Shown here piece after piece: positions 40,001 to 51,500 of a stretch of 64,000 bases of DNA. The stretch's first letter is position 1. Each line of letters opens with the position of its first letter. Made by a program: the position numbers and the translations under genes. A model generated the notes under the pieces. It had not been told where the DNA came from, searched no databases, and worked only from the letters and a program-made list of their open reading frames with translations. Source of the stretch: Octopus bimaculoides (Eukaryota); assembly GCF_001194135.2 (NCBI RefSeq), contig NC_068994.1:21499045-21563044 (forward strand), in the 5' to 3' direction.

Positions 40001-43000
40001 TTTCTTCAGGATGGTGCAGATTGTCAACCTGCTTTGGTCGTATTGATGTGCTATGTCCACTACAAGCATTCCTCTCTTGTGTGTATCTATGATTTCATTC
40101 TTCAATTCTGTCATGATTAGCTTTTTCTTCTCAGCACCGTCCTTTGCACTAACCTTCTTAGGACCCATGGCTAACACAACTAATTATTATAAAATAATAG
40201 CAGCAAATGCACGAAACTAGACAAAAACACAAGGAAAAACACAACAAGATAAACATATGAACTGAGCGAGCGGAGACTGCGCTTGTTGGGAGAGCAAGTG
40301 TGTGTTCAGTGCTGCCTCACTGTCGCTTGTAAGAAACTCGCAAGACAAAAATTTGCATGAGCGTCAGCTTGTACTGTGAGGTTCTACTGTATATAATTCT
40401 TGATTCAGGCAGCCTACAACTTTTTACCAACCTCCACTTTCCCACCCTACAGTCATCTACATATTTTGTGATAAACCTACAGGTTTATCATACTGCTGCT
40501 CTCCTCCTTTCCTGTGCTGGCACTTATCTCCTCGAACCATTCCTATTCTTTCACTTTAACCCTCTCTGTACTGATATTTACCATCAACCACACCTCCACT
40601 TTAGTCCTATTCATTACATTAATCTCTTCACCCATCTCTAACAATCCATCCTGCTACTCTCATACTCTAATGAAGGCATGTGGCTTAGTGGTTAGGGTAT
40701 ATGGCTCATGACTGAAAGGTTGTGAATTCAATTCCCAGCGGCATATTGTGTCCTCCTTCAGCAGACACTTTATTTCACATTGCTCCAATCCACTCAGCTG
40801 ATAAAAATGAGTAGTACCTGTATTACAAAGGGCCAGCCTTGTCACGTTCTGTAGCATGCTGAATCTCCTAGAGAACTGTGTTAAGGATACATGTGTCTTT
40901 CACAAGCAGGTTGTTTCACTGATTGGCTTCCACTGTCATCATAACTGACTGTGCCAGTAATTAACTCATCCACCCCACTTTCCAATTCTTTGTCCATATT
41001 CTTTCCTACACACACCTTGTATCTTGATAGTACCCTCTGACTCTCATTATCAACATCATTGTCTTCTTTCCAGCTTATATAATATGGGGTAGCTATGTAT
41101 CTCCTTTATAATAAGAGATCTGTGTCTGTCTCTCTATCATACTTTAGCCTCTCAAATACCACATCCTTCTCTATACCTCCACTCAGTTGATGGTCTTTGC
41201 TTTTCCTTGCAAATTACTTGATGACCTCACTAGTGCCAGTGCCACAAAAAGAAGCACCCAGTACACACTGTGAAGTAATTGGTGTTAGGAAGATGATCCA
41301 GCCATAGAAACTTTGTCAAAACAGACATTGTTGAAGGCAGTCCTCTAACTCGTTGGTTTCTGTTCCACCCGTGCCATAATGACAATCAAATAGGAATAGA
41401 ATATAAAAACAAACAAAAGCAAATAGAGAATGACAATAATGATAATAAGATAAAAAATAATGAACACAAATGGAAGATACAGTAAACACAAGTTGTAAGG
41501 AAAGATGAAAATAGAGTTCTGGTCATAGTAATATTAGTAGTAGTAATAATGGTAATATCAACAATAATTATAAAGAGCACTCAGAGAGCACAAACCTCCA
41601 CCAACGTCCTCTCAACAATTGGCCAGAGATGATTTTTAAAATGAGAATATCTAAAATATATTCTACTGCTCTTACAAACAAGAATACTAAAAATGAACCA
41701 GACCACTCTCAAAATTTAAGTAAAAAAAGCCGCAAAAATAATTCAGAATCCTTGTCCAGTACCTGATCGAACCCAATGGTAGTCATGGAATGTGAAGGTG
41801 GGTGTGCGGGCCATGTTTGTAATGCGGTGTGTGTCTCATCTGCAGTGGGAACAGGGACAGTTTTCTCTATGAAGGCTTTTTTTTAGTCTATTCACTGATA
41901 TAGTGTCTTTATGACCATTAAGGTCTATAGTGAAAAATTTATCCATGCGTGAAAGAAAACAGAAAGGACCTGCATACAATATTGTTAACAGAGATTTAAC
42001 AACATCGTTGCACACAAAAACACGAGTCCAAGAAGTAAAGCTTCCTTCAAGGCAGAGCCTGAAATGCAATTTTCAAGTAGGTAAGAGGTTTTAAACAGGA
42101 GCAATATATTCAAAATTGGTAAAACTAAAAATTGTGAAGAATAAATAAAATTTATTATTGTTACTGAATATGTTAGTGTTATTTAATTTCTGAATGGTTT
42201 TGCTGCCATTTATTTATGTAGTTTGATTTCTTTATCCATCAGTTTCTACTAAGATAGAAACATAAGTAAAATCAATAACAGAGAAACAAAAATAAAACTT
42301 TGGAAACAGCAACACTGCCATGACTTATGTGGAAACCATGAGTGTGCTTTCAAGGGAGATAATCAGAGAAAGATTTGAGAGTCAACTTAAGATTGTAATA
42401 CTTCATGTAAAGTAAATACAACAAATAATCCAGAACCCTTGTCCGGTACCTGATTGATCCCCAAATCTAATTAGTTTGTACAAGTCACGGGGCCAAACAT
42501 CCCTGACAGTTTCATCCGAATCCATCCAGTGGTTCTTGAGATATCTTGTCCACAGACAAACGAACAAACAAACACAACTGAAAACAACACCTCCACCTTC
42601 GCTAAGGCAGAGGTAATAATCCTTTCTGCTATAGGCACAAGGCCTGAAATTTGTGGGAAGTGGGTAAGTTGATCACATCAACCTCAGCATATGACTAGTA
42701 GTTAATTTATTGTCCCTGAAAGACAGGTGAAATGCTGCTAAGTATTTTGCCCAACGTGCTAATGATTTTGCCAGCTCGCCGCCTTATTATTATTGATAAT
42801 ATTAATAATAATAATGGTTTCAGATTTTGGCACAAGGCCAGCAAGTTCAGGGATGGGACTAGTTGATTACATCAGCCCCAATGCTCAACTCAAACATATT
42901 TTTATTGACTCAAGAAGAATGAAAGGTAAAGTTGACTTGGGTGGAATTTGAACTTGGAATATAAAGATGGATGAAATGCTGTTAAGCATTTTGCCTGTCA

Positions 43001-45458
43001 TGCTAATGATTCTGCCGGTTTGCTGCCTTAATAATCATCATCATCATCATCGTTTAACGTCCGCTTTCCATGGGTTGGACAGTTTGACTGAAGACTGGTG
43101 AACCAGATGGCTACACCAGGCTCCAATCTGATTTGACATAGTTTCTACAGCTGGATGCCCTTCCTAACACCAACCACTCCGAGAGTGTAGTGGGTGCTTT
43201 TACGTGCCACCGGCATGAAGCCAGGCAGCTGGTGCTCTGGCAACGATCACGCTTGGACAGTGCTCTTAGTGAGTTACTGGTACTGGTACTGGTGCCATCA
43301 CGATTTCGCTTTCGCTTGCCCCAACAGGTCTTCACAAGCCGAGTTTAGTGTTCAATGAAGACGTTGGCATGGGTACCAGTCTACAAATTTAGTTCGATTT
43401 NNNNNNNNNNNNNNNNNNNNNNNNNNNNNNNNNNNNNNNNNNNNNNNNNNNNNNNNNNNNNNNNNNNNNNNNNNNNNNNNNNNNNNNNNNNNNNNNNNNN
43501 NNNNNNNNNNNNNNNNNNNNNNNNNNNNNNNNNNNNNNNNNNNNNNNNNNNNNNNNNNNNNNNNNNNNNNNNNNNNNNNNNNNNNNNNNNNNNNNNNNNN
43601 NNNNNNNNNNNNNNNNNNNNNNNNNNNNNNNNNNNNNNNNNNNNNNNNNNNNNNNNNNNNNNNNNNNNNNNNNNNNNNNNNNNNNNNNNNNNNNNNNNNN
43701 NNNNNNNNNNNNNNNNNNNNNNNNNNNNNNNNNNNNNNNNNNNNNNNNNNNNNNNNNNNNNNNNNNNNNNNNNNNNNNNNNNNNNNNNNNNNNNNNNNNN
43801 NNNNNNNNNNNNNNNNNNNNNNNNNNNNNNNNNNNNNNNNNNNNNNNNNNNNNNNNNNNNNNNNNNNNNNNNNNNNNNNNNNNNNNNNNNNNNNNNNNNN
43901 NNNNNNNNNNNNNNNNNNNNNNNNNNNNNNNNNNNNNNNNNNNNNNNNNNNNNNNNNNNNNNNNNNNNNNNNNNNNNNNNNNNNNNNNNNNNNNNNNNNN
44001 NNNNNNNNNNNNNNNNNNNNNNNNNNNNNNNNNNNNNNNNNNNNNNNNNNNNNNNNNNNNNNNNNNNNNNNNNNNNNNNNNNNNNNNNNNNNNNNNNNNN
44101 NNNNNNNNNNNNNNNNNNNNNNNNNNNNNNNNNNNNNNNNNNNNNNNNNNNNNNNNNNNNNNNNNNNNNNNNNNNNNNNNNNNNNNNNNNNNNNNNNNNN
44201 NNNNNNNNNNNNNNNNNNNNNNNNNNNNNNNNNNNNNNNNNNNNNNNNNNNNNNNNNNNNNNNNNNNNNNNNNNNNNNNGGCTATTCTTATTCTAGCAGC
44301 TACACTTTCAGCGCACCTACCCCCACTACTAACCTGGTCACCCAGATAGCGGAAGCTATCAACTACCTCTAGTTTTTCTCCCTGGAATGAGACAGAAGTT
44401 GTTTTCTGCACATTTTCAGTGTTTATTGCACCTGAACATCTGCCACATACAAAAACTAACTTCCTAGTTAACCTTCCTTTGATATTGCTGCACCTCTTAT
44501 GTGTCCATAGCTTGCACTGGGTACATCTTATAAAATTTCTACCTACACCATTTCTACAGATCCAGCAGGGCCATCTACCTGAATGGGTCTGTGTTTTGTC
44601 TACCTTCCTACTTATTAGAACTTTGGTTTTAGCTAAGTTGAACCTAAGGCCCTTCGATTCTAGTCCCTGCTTCCACACCTGAAACTTCTCCTCTAGTTCT
44701 AATAGTGATTTGGCAATTAGTGCAAGGTCATCAGCATAGAGGAGCTCCCAGGGGCATCCTGAGAAACACTCAGACACAGACACACACACATACATATATA
44801 TACATACATACATGCGTCTACTATACAACGTTTTAAACTTGTGATTACCTGTATGTACATTTTTAAATGTGTAGTTATGTGTGTGTCACATCCTATAACT
44901 GTCTGTCTCTCCACTTTTGTAGGGTCTTTCCTCTTGCTGTCACATATTGTGAGATTTTAAAATTACGTCGAAATTTTCAAATTTGGTATATTGAAAGAAT
45001 TTTCCACGTTAAATCTGATTTTGTTATTTGTTTGTTCCAGAAAAATGTTACTGAGATTTAAAGTTTAATCAATTTTACCTAATCAGAAAACAGGATTTGG
45101 AAGCTGGCATTTTCTGCATGATTGCTGTCTATCACAAAATGAAAGCAAAATCATTAGGAGGAGAAATTTTTGTTAAACAAACGAAAGCAAAGCATTATGA
45201 TAACCAAAGTTGTAAGAACTTCTGAAGTTCTAATAAGTTTTAATGAATAAAGTCATGTGAAACAATTGAACAGACACGTAAATAATTTAAAAAGGCAAAA
45301 ATATCCTTAATGAAGTTTTTTTGTGAAAAATTACACAAATCTGCCCTGATCAAGAGGCCTATCTGTCAGGGAAGGCATGACCTGACATGTAATAAACAAA
45401 AAATTTATATAGGACATTCTATTGTAAAAATTGCCTGGCAATGTTGGGCTATTCAGCT

Positions 45459-45505
<47 letters not shown>

Positions 45506-48500
45506 TGACAAGTTAACTGTGCAACTCTACAGGCCACCCATGTTGGTCATACAACCTCAGCAGTAACCCAGCACCAGCAAATCTGGCTATTTCCATGTAA
45601 ATATTGTTGCCAATAATGTGTTCATGCTCCATTGAACGACAGCTGAGCTACTGACTCAACCCAAGATCACAGTTTACCAATGCAATACCCAACACAAGAA
45701 CTGATGTTACAGAATACGCTTTGGTGCACCCTGTTAATATTCTGTTCAAGCACATTGACCTGAAAATGTGGTGTCACTTGATAGCATTAATACCGTGTAA
45801 CTTGAGCTGACCAACAGATGTCTAGCATATAGAAGGCATCCTGAAATTCTCTTAAAACTCTCACTTTGCTCCTAACATCTAATGAAATGGACATGTCCTA
45901 TGTGCCCACAAGACTTAAAGGTCTTGTGGAGCTGAATCAAACTGTTATTAAAAGTATATCACTAACCACTTTCACTTTTACATATTTGCATGGGTCAGGC
46001 AGAGTTTATTTGAGGCAGATTTTCTACAGCCCTGATGTCCTTCCTGTCACCAACCCTCACCCGATCGCAAGCAAGATAATATTTCCCCTTGCCCAGACAT
46101 GTTCTCGTATATTTGAAATAAATGACAGTGATACTCATTTACAATCACCCAATGCCAAGACAAGGAAAGAGAGAGAGACACATACAAAAACTTTGTACAA
46201 AGTGATCTCAAGATGTTGCACTTTCATAAAAGAAATGACAGGGGATCATGGCAATTGGCAATATGCATTGCTGGAAAAGACTCATCCATTCATGCATCCA
46301 TTGTGAAACATAAGTTTAATGGAGTTAGTGGTGGTGACTCAGATATATGTTTTGTTCATTTTGTACTTGTTTAGACTCCATCTGTGCACCCACTCCACCC
46401 CACTGCCCATTTGATACCCTTTCATCTATCTATTGATACCCCACTCTCCTATTCATTGTGCCTTCAGTACATCCTTACTATGATCCATCACTCACTCGCT
46501 CTCTGTCTCTCTTTCTAGCAAACATGTAACTGCCATTAATGTTTCTCTGCTATCATGATGCCTGAATAATGAAGGTACCCAAAGCACCTTCCCATTTATC
46601 CTCTTGTTCTGGCTGCCATTACTCCATCTCACAGATCACTCTTTTATTGACATCTATCATTCTCTTACCATCATTACTACCAGCTTGATTATCCATCACC
46701 CATGCTCTCCCTTACCAGTTAACTTTACCCTCCCCCCTTCTATATGCTAGCCACTACTCTCTTTCACATAGTATCACTCATTACAAACATCCATCATACT
46801 CTCTTAGCCATTAACACTATGTAAAATGGCTGACATTAGGAGGGGTGTCCAACTGTAGAAAACGAAAGAAGACATTGAAACTCAGTGCAGTTCTCTGGCT
46901 TGTTGGTTCCTATGAAACCATTCAATCCATGCCAGCATGGATAAAAGGATGTTACATCATGACAATGATGATGATTTTATATATACATATGACAGTTGAG
47001 TATGATTTATGGAGATGTTTGTTCATACATGTATACATACATACATACATACATATGATGTAGAGTAATTTAAGGGATATTTGGCTACTATTTCTGTTGT
47101 GTGGAAATATAGAGATGCCCTTGTTGGTTTATGCATATAACAATAGGATGTAATTTGAGGGGGATTTGACTACTATTTCTAGCAGTTTGTACTACCACTT
47201 AGAGGTCTCCCTTATTGGTACATATACATGCATCAGACAGTAGAAAAACGCTGCTATTGAGTAGTTTATATCTAAACTACATTTTGATCTCCAATTGTCA
47301 TGCAGTATCTTTTTCCTGGATATTTATATGGTTGCAAACTAGATCCAAGTTTGGAATCTTTGTTTCTAAGACAAGTGCAGTATTGTCCTTGTCAACTAGA
47401 CCACTGCTGCATGTATGTAAGCACTTGATTCCTTCTGTTTATAAAAGATGCTTTGATATATTTAAGTTCTTATTGGTAAATTTTAAATTCTTCTCAGATT
47501 TTTAAATCCCCCTAAAACAAACAGATTGTTGACTCAAAACTTGTAGTGGAGACTGCATGGGAATTTTTAATAATACAGAGACCAGGATAAAAAAATAAAG
47601 ATTTAGCTGTATGTAGGAATGTAATGTAGTATTATTGTATCCAGTTTATTCAGTTTGATTTTGTGTTGTACAACATGTAGAATTTAGGTTATTTGTTATT
47701 TAATTTTCCATGTTTACTTGTATGTGGTATATTGTGCTAGATAATATCATATCTCATTCTGACTTTGTTGTTGATGTTCTTTTTCTCATTGTCTAGGTGT
47801 TGGGCCACAAAGAGGGCCTGAATGTGATGGAACGAGCTGATCCATTATTTTTATTGTTTGGATTACCTGCCATTCCACTAACCTTGATCTGTGGAAAGTT
47901 GGTCAGGTGGGAGGACTATGTTTTGCGGCTGTGGCGCAAGCACTCATCTCGGTTACCTCTTATTAATTATCTTTTCAAAGATGGTGAGTGTGTTTTTAAT
48001 GCTTTATTTGTTCACTCCATATTTCTATCACAATAAACCTAATATAAAGTTATAGCATACCTTACTATACTATATCTCACTATGTAATTACATTACACTT
48101 CATTAACTTCTACCATTTTACATATAAAATCTGTCATGTTGCTGTAATCATATTTTTGATTATTAGATCAGAATTCTTACTCTTGCGGATGCATTGCAGT
48201 TATTCTTTTGATAGATCTTGGTAATCCTGACTGTTGGTCTTCAAGGTTTCCTCTGGTCAGCATCAATGTAAGAACTATAAAAACAACATTGAACTATCTC
48301 AACAGTTCTGATAATGATCATATAATCATATTTCATGCTTTAATAATGGGCCAACAAAAAGCGTGTCTATACAGTTGTTTGAACTGCTGGAGAAAGCATT
48401 TAAATCTCACTTATTTAACTCCCTATCATCTTTAAAAACTGAAAGACAACTTTGAATAATGTAGTCCTGAATGTACTATGTCTTCAGTAAACATTCAATG

Positions 48501-51500
48501 GTTAAGAGGGAATAGTTTTGGCCATAGGTCAGCTTGATCAAGGCTTACCTGTAGTCAAACAACATATCTGTATACTTGCAGTCAAGTATCCTTTGTAAAC
48601 ATTTTACCAAAATCAGCCAGTTGAATCTAGACATTGAAGCAATTATTAAACTTCATGTGCAACTTATAACCTTGATCTTGCATCCTTCATTCTCAAACAC
48701 TCTAGTGGAGTGGTCTTTCATGCACCTAAAATATCTAGGAATCCAGAAGATCATGGCACTTGCAAATATTTACAACTGCCTGTGTCAGCAGTTCATAGTT
48801 ATAGAATATGAAACCCAGAAATATTGTTTGTTGTGAAACCTATTTTGCTGCAGCAGCATCTTAGATGTTTACTTGTAGCATACAACAAGCAATTATAACA
48901 TTGCCACATCAGTGATACCCTTGTTTCTATTGCAGAGTGCTACCGTGACACTAGCATGGTTGAAGGCCGTACGGATCAGACCAACCCAATGTCAGCTACT
49001 CGAGTCATGTGTGGAGCATTAATACTACCTACCATAGCTACATCAGTTGGAAAAATAGCATTCAGCTCAGTCCAGTCAAACTTCCAGCGTACTCTCCTTG
49101 TAAGTTTGTTTGTGTTTGTTGAGTAAGCAAAGCTGTTAGTACAATATATGTTGAACATCTGTAGGTCACAATAAGCAGAGAAAGAATTTTAGAAAATTTT
49201 ATTGTTGTTTATATGTGCATTCATATAAAGAATACTTGTCACTCTACTTAGTTTTACAACTATTTTATAATAAAATGTTATGGATATGTGTGAAGTGATT
49301 TCCAAAAGAGTATAGTTCTGGGGCAAAAGTGAATTGTTAAATCAGAGGTAAGAGAAAAAGAAATAGCACATAAATGGGCTAATGTTTGCTGTGTTTTAGA
49401 AATAGTGTTGTTCATCAAGTGAGTAGGTTTTCCTTAAATATCATCTAGAGTTGTGGCTGTTTCTGTGACAGTAATATGCACATAAATGTAGTGATGAATA
49501 TACAGTTTGTTGTTGCTTTTTAGAGGTTTAACTATTATTATCTGTTGTCACTGTTGAATATGTATAATTTCTATGAATATTTGTTCAGTGTAGCTTGTGG
49601 AAGTGGGTATGTAATAATTTGAGCTCCGTATTGTTTATGAATTGTGACCCAGGATAGTTCAGTAGTGTGGTTTTTGATATATCTCTTATGTGTTCAACAA
49701 TATGTGTGTAAAAGTAGCATTTGTTTCACTGTTGAACAGTTTTTATTCTTGGCAATTCTTTTCCTAACAAAAGTTGTAGTCCAGTTCCATTTTTCTCTAG
49801 TTTAGTGAGGCACTGAAGAAATCTTTGCATGATTCAAGAAAAAATTCACTAGAAAGTACTTTTCTTCAAGACTGGTTGTACAGCTAAGGAGTTCAAAATG
49901 ATCCCACTGTGTCTTCTATAATAAAAACTTGGATTGACCATTACCTTGTGTGTGGAGTTTGATAACTATGAAAGCCTATTGCGCATATATATGTGTGTGT
50001 TTGTATTTATATATCTTTGTTGGTTTATATTGATGTAGGATTTAAACATTAGTGAGACAACCCTCCCAGCATCAAATCCCACAATGGTGCTTTACAAAGG
50101 AAGTTTCTTGCATTGGGTTTCACACTCCCTGGTCACTCTCACCATCAAAAATGTGAACCAATGATTTACCCATTAGAAACCAACTAAACTATGCTGTTGT
50201 TCCCAAATTGTAAATATAAAATGAAATAAAAAAATGAGAAGCACTAACAGCAGTCTACTGAATGCTCCTACTGCTTGTAGTAGTAAATTTAGACCTACAC
50301 CAGACAACCATTTACGGCTGTGTTGACTATGTAATTGAGTTAAGCTTGTCAGGACCAATTTTTAGCATTGGTGAAGGATTTAACTAGTGAATTATTTTTT
50401 GACTTGTAGAATGGCCAATTCAGCTAACTGTACAAATTCAATTCAGGTAATCAGGACTTTCACATATATGTTACATTATTTGTTATAACAGTGTTGAGAT
50501 GGTTGAAACTTTGCAATCATGATCAAGTCAGTTTCAAGATATTATGACTGGAGTTGGGTTACTATCCAAGTTGTGATTAAGATCAATATAGATGCTTCAA
50601 AGTCTGGTCTAAATGCATTCCCTTTCCTACAATCTAGTTGACTATCACTTAATAACTGGCAAACGACAACTCTTTTCAACAAATAAAGAGCCCTCAATTT
50701 TTACTTTGCGACATGCTGTGTGTCGAGAATCTTGAATTTTTTAAGAAATGGAGATATGAGAATTCTAGACACAACATACTTCTGCTCATAGGCATTAGTT
50801 TTGCTGTTAAGAATAAATGGGAAGAAAATTCCTTACACTATAATTGTTGATGAATAAGAGTTTGGTTTCTATGAGAGTTGATGTTTAGAGAAAATGTGAC
50901 CATCAGCAAATACCAAATACAACTTAGTTGTTTTGATTATAACTGAAGGTAGTGGAAGACATTACTGTTGGTTTAGGAAAAATGATTGAAGAGACGATTT
51001 TCTGCAGCAGCTGATATTTTTAGAATTGAGTAAAAATGGGATCTTTTTGGTTTGACGGGCAACATTTTTCATTTATGTTTTATGTAGTGTTTTTGGTACC
51101 GAAACACTTTCAAACTTCGTATACTTGTATATTTTGTGTTATAGAACAGATAAAAAAAATTTTGTATTCGAAGTTATTTCATGTAGAAAGTTGTCGTATT
51201 TCCGTAATTTCAACCAATCACTGACGTCTATTGAGGTGAAAACAATTACTGCCGTAGAATATTCTAACGGTGTTATGGGATCTTTTCCCTTGAATAAAAT
51301 TAGTGCCATTGTTTGTCAACAACAACTATCGGCAGTACTGTTATTTATAACATCATTCGTGCGTTTGTACTGGTTGTAGGGTTAGGGTTCCGGTTTTAGA
51401 GTTAAAGTTAGTTTTAGGGTTACGGTTAGGGTTATGATTATTTTTGCCATAACCTCACTCATAACCCTAACCCCAACTCTAACCCTAAAACCCGAACCCT

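Noticed and set aside
45866-46306. 146-aa ORF
   Set aside because: It reads through a degenerate SINE-like repeat and has no domain signature.
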